Shown: one piece after another, positions 1 to 8,630 of the stretch
Layout: every line of letters starts with the position of its first letter
Position numbering within the stretch: position 1 is the first letter of the stretch
IMG/VR virus record: IMGVR_UViG_3300034171_000127
Location: 1-27,205 of that record
Strand: one strand, 5' to 3'
DNA length: 27,205 nt
DNA from: a virus
Taxonomy: Duplodnaviria > Caudoviricetes
Notes under the pieces: generated by a model
What the model was told of the DNA's origin: nothing
What the model saw: the letters and a program-made list of their open reading frames with translations, nothing else
Database searches by the model: none
Program-made: the position numbers and the translations under genes

Positions 1-4
1 AATT

Positions 5-193
5 ATGGAAATTCAAAAGGGAACAATTAAAAGAGAAGTCGCAAAAATCGAATTAAAGGACTTTGAAATAAGTAATATCATAATACCTGCTTTATTGGAA
101 AAAGGTTTTGACATAGTATCTAAACCATTAAGTGATAATCCTATGGAGAATACAGGTGAACAAATAACGATTTATAAAGTTGAGCAAAGATAA
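5..193 (+). CDS. hypothetical phage protein (62 aa)
   Basis: ORF track; co-oriented with neighbours; RBS would lie outside the window. Confidence 0.6.
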   Translation: MEIQKGTIKREVAKIELKDFEISNIIIPALLEKGFDIVSKPLSDNPMENTGEQITIYKVEQR

Positions 194-208
194 TTAGGGA
201 GGAAAAGT

Positions 209-424
209 ATGAAAGGTTTTCTGGGAATAGATCCAAAAGGAACTTTAGATAAAAATTCTAATCAAAATGGTTATCAAACTGAAATACAAACATGTTCAGA
301 ATGTGAGCAATTTAAAAATATGAAAAGAGGTTTTCCAATATGTAGAAAGAAATTAATGGTGGTTCTGGCGAATATGCATGTATATTACAAAATTGATGAT
401 GGAACATGTTTTGAATCAAAATAA
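209..424 (+). CDS. small Cys-containing hypothetical phage protein
   Basis: Strong RBS AGGGAGG upstream; CxxC (CSEC) plus two further Cys. Confidence 0.7.
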   Translation: MKGFLGIDPKGTLDKNSNQNGYQTEIQTCSECEQFKNMKRGFPICRKKLMVVLANMHVYYKIDDGTCFESK

Positions 425-453
425 TATGCAATATAAAGGTAGGCAGTTATAAA

Positions 454-867
454 ATGAAATTAGGAAGAAAAATAAAAAGGCTTAGAAAAATGAAAAACTT
501 AACAACTAGGGAGCTGGGAGAACTTGTTGGATGTTCATACAGTGCTATATCCCAATATGAAAATAATCAAAGACTACCAGGGCTGATTCATTTTAAGAAT
601 ATGTGCAAAGTATTTGGGGTTAAGTATGAATTATTTTTAGATGAAACCGAAGAGGAAGTGACAATATTGGCAAAACGGGATAAATTCTGGATTGACCGTC
701 TTGTAGAGGACAAGGGTGAAAGGTACCAAGTCATTGTAGATAATGATTCTGCATGGGTTGAGGATAAGGAAAGAGATTTTGAACCAGTCTATAATTTTCA
801 GGAATATGGGCATGAATTAGCACTAGTTTTGTTTCAATATGTGGGTATTAAGGCTAAAATGTGTTAA
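454..867 (+). CDS. XRE/Cro-CI family helix-turn-helix protein with C-terminal extension
   Basis: LGRKIKRLRK...LTTRELGELVGCSYSAISQYENNQRLP is a typical HTH_3 signature. Confidence 0.85.
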   Translation: MKLGRKIKRLRKMKNLTTRELGELVGCSYSAISQYENNQRLPGLIHFKNMCKVFGVKYELFLDETEEEVTILAKRDKFWIDRLVEDKGERYQVIVDNDSAWVEDKERDFEPVYNFQEYGHELALVLFQYVGIKAKMC

Positions 868-887
868 TTATAAGCTAAAACTATTTG

Positions 888-1268
888 AAATTACACTTTT
901 GAAGGTCGGTTACGCTAAAATTACACTTATTTTGAAAAAGTGTAACCGCCTTGAAATTCGGATATGGCTGTATTTGTACCTCTTTATATATATATAGTTA
1001 CAGTATTACAGTATTAATATATATATATATATAAGAGAGAGATATAAACACTATATATATCTATATACTTTCTTCTTTCTATACATATAGACCTTATATT
1101 TTTTAAAGTGTAACCGAAAATAAAAAGCTTTCAAGAGTAGGCAGTACAAAGGGTTAGAACGGTTTCAAAGCACTGTAAAAAGTGTAACTGCAATAAAAGC
1201 TATAAAATGTCTATAAACGTAATCATACCAGTGTATAGAACGTGTTTTCAAAAGTGTAACTGCAATAA
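888..1268. repeat. AAGTGTAA(C) iteron-like repeats in both orientations around (TA)n tracts; candidate replication origin
   Basis: TTACACTT at 891 and 921 (inverted); AAAGTGTAAC at about 937, 1105, 1179, 1251; (TA)n runs at about 985-996 and 1017-1033. Confidence 0.55.
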
Positions 1269-1293
1269 TTTAATATATAAAAAGAGGTGTTAT

Positions 1294-1443
1294 ATGTCAA
1301 AGATAGATTTAAAAGATATGTACTTAGGTAGAATAGATCAACTTAATATAGATATTAGAGATTGTATTAATAAAAAAGATTGGAAAACTAAAGCAAAGCT
1401 TGAGGCAGAGAAGAAAAGGCTGCAAGATCTAATTGAAGAATAG
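1294..1443 (+). CDS. small helical hypothetical protein (49 aa)
   Basis: RBS AGAGGTG before ATG 1294, preferred to ORF-track start 1207, which lies in the repeat region. Confidence 0.65.
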   Translation: MSKIDLKDMYLGRIDQLNIDIRDCINKKDWKTKAKLEAEKKRLQDLIEE

Positions 1444-1465
1444 GTAATACTAAGGGGGAATAAAA

Positions 1466-1885
1466 TTGAGTTTATATAAAGCTACAGAGTATTATCTTTA
1501 TAATTATAAATCAATGAAAGCAGAAATTAAGAATATAGATTTAGAAATAGAGCAAATGGAGTATGTCGGATGCTCTGGTATAAGTTATGAAGAAAAGTCA
1601 TCGCCAACAAATAGTTTTAGCAGCTCTGTTGAGAATGAAGTTGTTAGCAGAGAAAAAAGAATTGTGATTCTAAATCAGTCCAGAAGAGAAACCTTGATGA
1701 AAATCAATAAAATAGATAATGCTTTAGAAACATTAGAGCCAAGGGATCTTGATATAATAAAACTTAGATACTTTGATAATCTAAATAATAGAATTATAGC
1801 TATTAGATTGGAATTAACAGAAGAATGGATATGTACTCTTAAAGCAATTGTTATAAATAAATTATCAACTTTAATAAACATTTAA
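1466..1885 (+). CDS. ArpU/RinA-family late transcriptional activator (sigma70 region 4-like C-terminus)
   Basis: YLYNYKSMKAEIKNI N-terminus, IDNALETL...IIKLRYF...IAIRLELTEEW HTH; position just before terS; RBS AGGGGG. Confidence 0.8.
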   Translation: MSLYKATEYYLYNYKSMKAEIKNIDLEIEQMEYVGCSGISYEEKSSPTNSFSSSVENEVVSREKRIVILNQSRRETLMKINKIDNALETLEPRDLDIIKLRYFDNLNNRIIAIRLELTEEWICTLKAIVINKLSTLINI

Positions 1886-1946
1886 TAATTCTTTAGATAA
1901 TGTTTAAAGTAAACTTAATTAATGTTTAAAGAGAACGTTATATAAT
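1870..1946 (+). promoter_or_regulatory. candidate late promoter: 11-bp-phased activator boxes plus -10
   Basis: TTTAA-like pentamer at 1870, 1881, 1892, 1903, 1914, 1925; TATAAT at 1941-1946. Confidence 0.6.
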
Positions 1947-2124
1947 GTAAATATTGAAAGAGTATCTGATTGTAGATGCTCTTATTTTATTGTAATAGAC
2001 ATAATATAAGCACCACATAAGCACACAGAGAAAACATTCCTATATAGGTGTTATTACATCAGATAAATTAAAACGTCTGTATGGAGTCATAAGAGTGTAA
2101 AGGAGTAAGGAGGTATAATTAAAA

Positions 2125-2538
2125 ATGGTTTGGGATGAAAAAAAAGAAAAGGCAATTGAATTGTTGGTTGCAAATCAGCTTAATGATACTGAAATTGCTA
2201 AGGTTGTTGGATGTACTAGGCAGAGTATTTGGGAATGGAAGAATAAGTCAGAGTTTGCCGCTGAGCTTACGAAGCGCGTACTTGATAAAAAGAAACGCAT
2301 ATTGGAGTTCGGTGAGGTTATTCTGTACAATAGCTATGAGATAGCATTGAATAAGATAGCATACGACATAGAGCATGGTAGCCCGCGTAACAGTCTTATG
2401 GCCGCTATGTGGTGGGCTGAGAAGATAGGCGGTAAGCCAACGACTAAGGTAGACATAAGCAATACTACAGAGACTAAAGATGTAGTTGACCCAGACGCAA
2501 TGGCTAAAGAGATAGAGGAATTCAACGGTGAAGAATAG
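2125..2538 (+). CDS. terminase small subunit-like HTH protein (phBC6A51-type HTH)
   Basis: KAIELLV...DTEIAKVVGCTRQSIWEWKNKSEF HTH; first gene after the late activator; RBS AGGAGG. Confidence 0.75.
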   Translation: MVWDEKKEKAIELLVANQLNDTEIAKVVGCTRQSIWEWKNKSEFAAELTKRVLDKKKRILEFGEVILYNSYEIALNKIAYDIEHGSPRNSLMAAMWWAEKIGGKPTTKVDISNTTETKDVVDPDAMAKEIEEFNGEE

Positions 2539-2663
2539 AAACCATTCCATATAACACTTATTATATTGAATGGTTTATCGTTGTTAATGAGTACCATAGA
2601 TAGTGCTTGAGACACTACAATAGCGACAATCTAATTGAGAATAGGCATGTTTTTTATTAATAA

Positions 2664-2724
2664 TAACGACATTATTAATGATTTAACCAAGGCAATGGGT
2701 TTAGAACATATAATAATGTCGTTA
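2664..2724. repeat. perfect 14-bp inverted repeat TAACGACATTATTA / TAATAATGTCGTTA
   Basis: Arms at 2664-2677 and 2711-2724; extra ACGACATT at 2737. Confidence 0.7.
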
Positions 2725-2875
2725 AAGTTATGTTTCACGACATTTACAATATATTCATATATATGAACAAGTACTAGTAGAGGTAGGGGTGCATTCTATT
2801 TTTAGGATAATTCCATATCGTGTGCGGTCGGTTGTAGATTTTCCATATAATTTTTTCAGAACGAGGAAATAAAGA

Positions 2876-2899
2876 AAAGCCTACTTAATAGTAGACTTT
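2876..2899. terminator. conserved cassette-end hairpin 1
   Basis: AAAGCCTACT-TAAT-AGTAGACTTT overlapping the RHH stop codon; T-rich tail on minus strand. Confidence 0.75.
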
Positions 2900-3054
2900 A
2901 TATTGTTATGTTCCAATAATAGTTCTATTGATTTATCTAATAGCTTAGATATTGGTATTCCGGTTTCCTTAGAGTATATTTTTAATTTTACAAGTAATTT
3001 TGTATCAACTGCATTAGATATTGGAGTTCTCGTTTTTAAATCTTTATTAGCCAA
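2881..3054 (-). CDS. ribbon-helix-helix repressor (cassette 1, 57 aa)
   Basis: MANKDLKTRTPISNAVDTKLLVKLKIYSKETGIPISKLLDKSIELLL: beta-strand plus two helices, GIPISKLLD motif; RBS GAGGTG then TTG at 3054. Confidence 0.85.
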   Translation of the reverse strand: MANKDLKTRTPISNAVDTKLLVKLKIYSKETGIPISKLLDKSIELLLEHNNIKSTIK

Positions 3055-3072
3055 ATTAATCACCTCGAAAAT

Positions 3073-3124
3073 AGTATACTATAGAATAAAAGTCCTTGCA
3101 AGTCCTTGGACATAGTAGTATAAT
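3073..3124. promoter_or_regulatory. divergent sigmaA promoters sharing palindromic -35 TTGCAA, with AGTCCTTG direct repeat
   Basis: TTGCAA 3096-3101; + strand 17 bp then TATAAT 3119-3124; - strand 17 bp then TATACT (3078-3073); AGTCCTTG at 3091 and 3101. Confidence 0.8.
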
Positions 3125-3143
3125 AATAGGTGAGGTGATAGTT

Positions 3144-4124
3144 ATGGTAATAAGCAAAATGGGTTTAACTCAAAGAAAAAAACAAGTAAAATTAAACCAG
3201 AAGACTACCGAACAATTTATAAAAGAAGTCTACGAGTTGGTAAAAAGTGAATACTCAATATTGGGTGAATATATCAATAGTCACACTAAAATTTTAATAA
3301 AACATAACAAATGTGGTAATGAATTTGCTATGAGACCTGATGCATTTTTAGGCAAAGGTAGTAGATGTCCTATATGTGTTAGAAAAAAAGAAAATTTGTT
3401 TGATAAAATAAAAGAAAAATATAAGTGTAAATTTGAAATATTAACTCCTGTTATTTACAGTGATACAAATGTATTAATAAAATGTTTAATTTGCAAAAAA
3501 GAGTATTCTATTCTATCACCTAATTTGATTTATAGAATTTATAGTTGTAGAGAATGCAATAAAATTAAAATAAGTTCTAGGGTTAAAATATTGAAATACA
3601 AGCCTAGAATTTCAAGGGATACAAACTATGTAAGTAATGAAATTAGAACTTTAAGCAATAAAGAATATGAGTTAGTTGGTGAATATATAGCTTGTATTAA
3701 ACCTATTAGTGTTAGACATACTATATGTGGTCATGTATTTAGTACAAGAATACACGACTTTGTTGACAAAGGTTGTAGATGCCCTCAATGCTATATAGCA
3801 GATAAGTGCAAAGAGTTAGGCATATCAATAGAAGAATGGGGTAAAGATGGAGATAGGAATAACCGTAAGCTACAAAAATGGGGTACTAAAGTTAAGAAGA
3901 GAGATAGTAAAAAATGTGTTATCTGTGGTAGCAATAAAAATCTTAACGCTCATCACTTAAATGGCTATCATTGGGACATAGAAAATAGAGACAACGTTGA
4001 TAATGGAGTTACATTATGTGAAGCTTGTCATCATGGGTTCCATGATATATACGGTCGGGGTGGAAATACTAAAGAACAGTTTAAAGAGTTTGAAAAACCA
4101 AAGCAATTAGCACTCACTATATGA
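3144..4124 (+). CDS. HNH endonuclease with three N-terminal zinc-ribbon repeats (cassette 1 cargo)
   Basis: Repeats of type GEY...I.H..CG..F........RCP.C; C-terminal CVICG...AHH...NGVTLCEACHHGFH; RBS GAGGTG favours ATG 3144. Confidence 0.85.
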   Translation: MVISKMGLTQRKKQVKLNQKTTEQFIKEVYELVKSEYSILGEYINSHTKILIKHNKCGNEFAMRPDAFLGKGSRCPICVRKKENLFDKIKEKYKCKFEILTPVIYSDTNVLIKCLICKKEYSILSPNLIYRIYSCRECNKIKISSRVKILKYKPRISRDTNYVSNEIRTLSNKEYELVGEYIACIKPISVRHTICGHVFSTRIHDFVDKGCRCPQCYIADKCKELGISIEEWGKDGDRNNRKLQKWGTKVKKRDSKKCVICGSNKNLNAHHLNGYHWDIENRDNVDNGVTLCEACHHGFHDIYGRGGNTKEQFKEFEKPKQLALTI

Positions 4125-4136
4125 TGGGTGTTTTTC
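4109..4136 (+). terminator. probable intrinsic terminator overlapping HNH stop
   Basis: GCACTCA-N8-TGGGTGT followed by T run. Confidence 0.55.
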
Positions 4137-4149
4137 TTATATCCAGAAG

Positions 4150-4407
4150 GTGGTGGTATTTATAGAAAAACAATTAAAATTAATAATGGAGCAACTAAAA
4201 TATCACAACATAAAAATTAAAATAGAAAATGGGTTTATAAAATTTCAGATGTTCAATAAAAAAGATAAGTTTGTGACTAATTTAAGATATTATCATGAAA
4301 ATAATTTCAATATAAGAAGTGAGTGGCATTGTACAACAGAAAAAGTAGTTAATACTTTAATATCAGATTATCATTATGTAATGAGCTATAGATTAGATTG
4401 TCAATAA
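4150..4407 (+). CDS. hypothetical protein
   Basis: ORF track; SD-like AAGGTGGTG overlaps the GTG, so the start is uncertain. Confidence 0.55.
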   Translation: MVVFIEKQLKLIMEQLKYHNIKIKIENGFIKFQMFNKKDKFVTNLRYYHENNFNIRSEWHCTTEKVVNTLISDYHYVMSYRLDCQ

Positions 4408-4438
4408 GAAAACAAAAGATTAAAGAGGTGAGTATACG

Positions 4439-6196
4439 ATGGAAGAATCGAAAGAAGAATCAAAAATAGATAGAAAGCTACTGTATACTCATTTGAGTAG
4501 GATGTTCACAAAAGATAAGGCAGCCGGTCTCATGCAAATGTATAATGAAAACTTATTTGGGCTTAATGGACTTGCCTGGTATCTTGGCCAAAGAGATTTA
4601 GAATTTTTCTGCATGTATTTTCTACAAGATGTTTTTCGTGTTAAAGAGGATAATGATGCAGCTCCTATTGCAGATGTTCACCGCCAAATATGGCAAGACA
4701 TACAGGAATCTGTTATTGGTGATGGTAATGCTCAAATAGGTAGAATCGAACCTCGTGGAACTGGGAAAAGTGTATTTGGTACTGTGGCAACTACAACTTG
4801 GTGCCATTGTTACAAATTGAAAAAATATAGTTTGATATGTTCTGACATAGGATCTACTGCTGAGAAATTCATAAAAGAGATTAAAAACATATTTCTTGAA
4901 AATGAATATATTAAAAAAGCTTTTGGAGTGCTCTTAGATGATAAGGATAAAAAATATCTATGTAATAGTACTCAATTAGAATTTACAAATAAAACATTTA
5001 TAGAATCTATATCCTCCTCCTCACCTATGCGTGGTAGAAAATATGATAATACGCGACCTGACTTAATATTTTTAGATGATTATCAATCTGAGGATGATTG
5101 CCGAACCGATGAAGCTAGAATTAAAAAGTGGACCCGGTTCAGTAATGATGTTAAGTTCGCGGCTCAGAAAGCAGTTAAAAGAAATGGAAAAATAACTAAA
5201 AAAGGCACTACTTTTATTGCATTGGGAACTCTGCAGCATAAGGAGTGCTTTTATTCTAGGCTGATTGAACTTCCTACATGGAAATTTAAAAATGATAAAG
5301 GTGTCTTAATTGATGATTTTGTAGATGATGAGGGTAAACAAGTTAATGGCCTTGATTATTATTTTAATAACGGACTGTGGTTGAGATTTAAAAATATATT
5401 ATATAACTTCAAAAATGTAAATCATTTAGAAGATGCAAAGGAATTTTACTGGGATCATGAAGCTGAGATGCAATTCCCTATGTTATGGTCTGAATTTTGG
5501 GATTGCTTAGATATAGCTCAACAATATTTTGATAACCCGGCATCATTTAAACAAGAAATCCAAGGTGATGTTGATAGTATAGGTGAAAAATGGTTTAAAG
5601 TTGTTAATACTCAGCCTCGTAAGGAAATTGAAACACATAGATTTATTAAAACAATGTTAGTTATTGACCCAGGCGCCACCGCAAATATTAAGTCAGATTA
5701 TTCATCATTTTTAGTTGGTTCTGAATGTGACAATGGATTAAAGTATGCTCGGAAGGCAGAACTTGCAAAAATAAATGCTCGTACTAATTTTGATGATTAT
5801 ATCCAGCATATGATTGATTTATTAAAGGAGTATCTGGATATAACTCATGTTTCTATTGAAAAAAATACTTTTAATGGAGCTGATGCTTTCCAACTTGAAA
5901 AAATGATTGGTGAAGATCCTTCTTTGAGGTCAAGAGGTATTAAAATTATTAATGAAGCTCAAAAGAAAAATAAGGATGATAAAATTAGCACAATTATTCC
6001 CTATATGAATAAGGGCCAGATTATATTTGCTGTGGAAGATGAAGAATTTATAAAACAGATAATGGAGTTTGCTGGTCAGAAATTTAGCTTGCATGATGAT
6101 GCTGCGGATGTAACTGCAGAGTTTAATTTGAAAATTGATGTAATAAAATTAATTAGTGTTGTTAAGATATTAGACCGAAGAACATTAGGCCTATAA
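4439..6196 (+). CDS. terL: terminase large subunit
   Basis: Walker A PRGTGKS, Walker B LIFLDD, nuclease motifs VIDPG and HDDAAD. Confidence 0.95.
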   Translation: MEESKEESKIDRKLLYTHLSRMFTKDKAAGLMQMYNENLFGLNGLAWYLGQRDLEFFCMYFLQDVFRVKEDNDAAPIADVHRQIWQDIQESVIGDGNAQIGRIEPRGTGKSVFGTVATTTWCHCYKLKKYSLICSDIGSTAEKFIKEIKNIFLENEYIKKAFGVLLDDKDKKYLCNSTQLEFTNKTFIESISSSSPMRGRKYDNTRPDLIFLDDYQSEDDCRTDEARIKKWTRFSNDVKFAAQKAVKRNGKITKKGTTFIALGTLQHKECFYSRLIELPTWKFKNDKGVLIDDFVDDEGKQVNGLDYYFNNGLWLRFKNILYNFKNVNHLEDAKEFYWDHEAEMQFPMLWSEFWDCLDIAQQYFDNPASFKQEIQGDVDSIGEKWFKVVNTQPRKEIETHRFIKTMLVIDPGATANIKSDYSSFLVGSECDNGLKYARKAELAKINARTNFDDYIQHMIDLLKEYLDITHVSIEKNTFNGADAFQLEKMIGEDPSLRSRGIKIINEAQKKNKDDKISTIIPYMNKGQIIFAVEDEEFIKQIMEFAGQKFSLHDDAADVTAEFNLKIDVIKLISVVKILDRRTLGL

Positions 6197-6210
6197 AGGA
6201 GGTGGATAAA

Positions 6211-7542
6211 ATGAATTTTAGTGAATTAATGAAAAAATTATTTAAAAAACAAATTGGGTTAAACTTAAGGAATCCTGAACATCTTAAATTGGTTAAGAAA
6301 ATATATGGCCAGTATAATGCAAATAAGTATGTTCATGAAAAAATGTATCGCTACTATAAGGGTGACACTGACGCCATGAGAAATTATAAATTTATATCTG
6401 AGAGATCTAATATTAAGACAAACACAAATTATATGAAGAAATTCATTAAAGAAGAGGTTTCATATACTGTTGGGAATGATATAACTTATGAGTCTAAGAG
6501 CGATGATAACGAAATAGTTAAAGATATTGAATACTACACTGCTCATTGGAACGAACTCCATGACCCGGATCTAATGAAGTACTTGTTGGTGTTTACTAAA
6601 GTTTATGAAATTTATTATTTAGATGAAAACATTGATTTTTGCAGCAAAATTATAAAACCCACCAACGGTTATGCTTATGTAGATAACTCAGGTAAGGTTT
6701 TATTTTTTATTCATGCATTTAAGAATGATTTTGATACAGTTAATCAATATATAGATGTATATACAGATAGTTATATTTATCATTTTGATAGTAAATTCAA
6801 TGAAATAGAAAATCCCACTTATAATATATTTGGCGAGGTTCCTGTTAGCGTTGGAGTGCTAACATTTGAAGAATATCATGATAGCTTATATGGTGATATA
6901 AAAGGTCTTCAAGATGCATTTGAAACTAATTTCAGTGATATAGGTAATGAAATAAGTGATTTTAGAAATGCTTATCTAGTATTTACTGGTTGTGAAATGG
7001 ATCCAGAGTTGCTTCCTGCTATGAAAGAAAAAGGTATGCTAAATGCCAAAGATAAAGATAGCACTATTCAATGGCTTATTAAAAACATTAATGATACCTT
7101 TATTCAAAACACACTCGATAGATATGTAGATACAATGTATCAAATGTCTTGCCATATAAATCATAATGAGGGTATGGTCTCAAATTTGAGCGGTATTGCA
7201 TTAAGATCTAGATTGATTGCCTTGGAAAATAAATGTGAACTTGAAGAAAAGGCTCATAAAAATATCGTTAAAAATAGAAATAGATTTTTATGTATGTATT
7301 TGAATCTTAAGAAAAGTAAAAATTATGATTATAAAGATATTAATGCTCTTTATACTCCTAATATACCAACCGATGATGCTGCTACAGCTCAAATGTTATC
7401 AGTAGTTCCAGAGGGCGTGCTTAGTAAGGATACTTCAAGAGGTAGATTTAGTTTTGTAAGTAACAAAGTAGCTGAAGCTGAAAAAGTTAAAAAAGAGCAG
7501 GATGCTGAGACACCTACAATTAATTTAAATAAGGTGACTTAG
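6211..7542 (+). CDS. portal protein, SPP1 gp6-like
   Basis: Follows terL; YRYYKG, FGEVPV, SNLSGIALR motifs; RBS AGGAGG favours ATG 6211. Confidence 0.9.
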   Translation: MNFSELMKKLFKKQIGLNLRNPEHLKLVKKIYGQYNANKYVHEKMYRYYKGDTDAMRNYKFISERSNIKTNTNYMKKFIKEEVSYTVGNDITYESKSDDNEIVKDIEYYTAHWNELHDPDLMKYLLVFTKVYEIYYLDENIDFCSKIIKPTNGYAYVDNSGKVLFFIHAFKNDFDTVNQYIDVYTDSYIYHFDSKFNEIENPTYNIFGEVPVSVGVLTFEEYHDSLYGDIKGLQDAFETNFSDIGNEISDFRNAYLVFTGCEMDPELLPAMKEKGMLNAKDKDSTIQWLIKNINDTFIQNTLDRYVDTMYQMSCHINHNEGMVSNLSGIALRSRLIALENKCELEEKAHKNIVKNRNRFLCMYLNLKKSKNYDYKDINALYTPNIPTDDAATAQMLSVVPEGVLSKDTSRGRFSFVSNKVAEAEKVKKEQDAETPTINLNKVT

Positions 7543-8277
7543 ATGAAAGATTATACAGATAAAGAAGAGTTAGATTTCATATTGGCCCTTTATGCTGAGG
7601 CTGATAAACAGATAAAAGAAGTTTATCAGGAACAAAAGGACAATATGGATGAGTTGTTAAAACAAATAGCCAGTATAATGCTTACTTATACCATTTTAAA
7701 TGACCTTATGAATCTTTCCAAGACAGATAAAAAGAAAGAATATAGTAGGTTGTCTAAGATAGTTACAGCGGGTGCACAAGTTCAAGGAGCTACACAAACT
7801 AAGGTTATAGAAGAAATGCTAACCTCAACAGTAAATAAGACTTTTGATTTTTATAGTTACAATGTAGGTCTTAAAGATGTTAGAGAGATTATCGGTAATA
7901 ATTTCGCTGGAAAACATTTTAGTAGTAGAGTTTGGGAAAATGAATCTGAGGTTGCTAAGCATCTCCATAAACAAGTTAATGATTTTCTTAATGGAAAAGT
8001 AAATGTTAATCAAATCAAAAGAAATATTGAAAAAACTTATAATGCTAGTGCTTATAATGCTCATAGACTTGTTGAAACTGAAATTAATCGTGTTGAAGAT
8101 GAAGCATTTAAAAGGTTCTGCAAAGAAACCGGAGTAAAAAGAGTTATGAGAAATGAGGAAATAGATTCAAGGACTTGTGAAGAATGCGCTGGTGTAAATG
8201 AAAATATATATGATTTAGCAGATGCGATTGGTGGTTTGCATCCGTTGTGTAGAGGCTACAATACTATAGTCGAATGA
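7543..8277 (+). CDS. minor head morphogenesis protein (SPP1 gp7 / Mu F-like)
   Basis: FSSRVW, RLVETE, DSRTCEEC and HPLCR motifs; position after portal. Confidence 0.85.
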   Translation: MKDYTDKEELDFILALYAEADKQIKEVYQEQKDNMDELLKQIASIMLTYTILNDLMNLSKTDKKKEYSRLSKIVTAGAQVQGATQTKVIEEMLTSTVNKTFDFYSYNVGLKDVREIIGNNFAGKHFSSRVWENESEVAKHLHKQVNDFLNGKVNVNQIKRNIEKTYNASAYNAHRLVETEINRVEDEAFKRFCKETGVKRVMRNEEIDSRTCEECAGVNENIYDLADAIGGLHPLCRGYNTIVE

Positions 8278-8293
8278 AAGGAGTGATTTATTG

Positions 8294-8464
8294 ATGAAAT
8301 ATAGAATTGGGATGAAAGCTGGTAATGGATTTGAAACAGAATTAGAAGATAAAGATATTCTTTGTAAGATAGTGAGCGAAGTTAATAAAGGATGTAAAAT
8401 CATTACAATTTCTAATGAGTTGATAATAAATATTGATGAATTAGCATTTATAGTAAGAATTTAG
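8294..8464 (+). CDS. small hypothetical protein (56 aa, not in ORF track)
   Basis: RBS AAAGGAG; MKYRIGMKAGNGFETELEDKDILCKIVSEVNKGCKIITISNELIINIDELAFIVRI. Confidence 0.65.
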   Translation: MKYRIGMKAGNGFETELEDKDILCKIVSEVNKGCKIITISNELIINIDELAFIVRI

Positions 8465-8490
8465 AGTCTTAGGAAACTAAGGCTTTTTAT
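8463..8490 (+). terminator. intrinsic terminator
   Basis: AGTCTTAG-GAAA-CTAAGGCT then TTTT. Confidence 0.7.
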
Positions 8491-8630
8491 TATGCCTTTG
8501 AGTAATAGGCTTTAAACAGACTTAAGCTCGTCTTATGGGCATTTTGCGTATGAGGGGTGCAACTATACTAAAATAACAAAAATTCATGTCCTAGGGTAAC
8601 ACACTTAGTCTAGGGGATAGGAGCGAATAT

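Noticed and set aside
2135-2615. Alternative-frame and antisense ORFs over terS (2135-2344 +, 2248-2550 -, 2334-2615 -)
   Set aside because: Shadow ORFs of a well-supported gene; no recognisable motifs
2903-3115. 70-aa + strand ORF
   Set aside because: Antisense shadow of the RHH1 gene, running through the promoter region
2870-4140. IS element or RNA-guided (IscB/TnpB) interpretation of the cassettes
   Set aside because: No transposase, RuvC motifs, terminal inverted repeats or room for a long guide RNA; cargos are plain HNH proteins
4439-6196. Intein or intron in terL
   Set aside because: Continuous ORF of ordinary size; no splice-junction motifs seen
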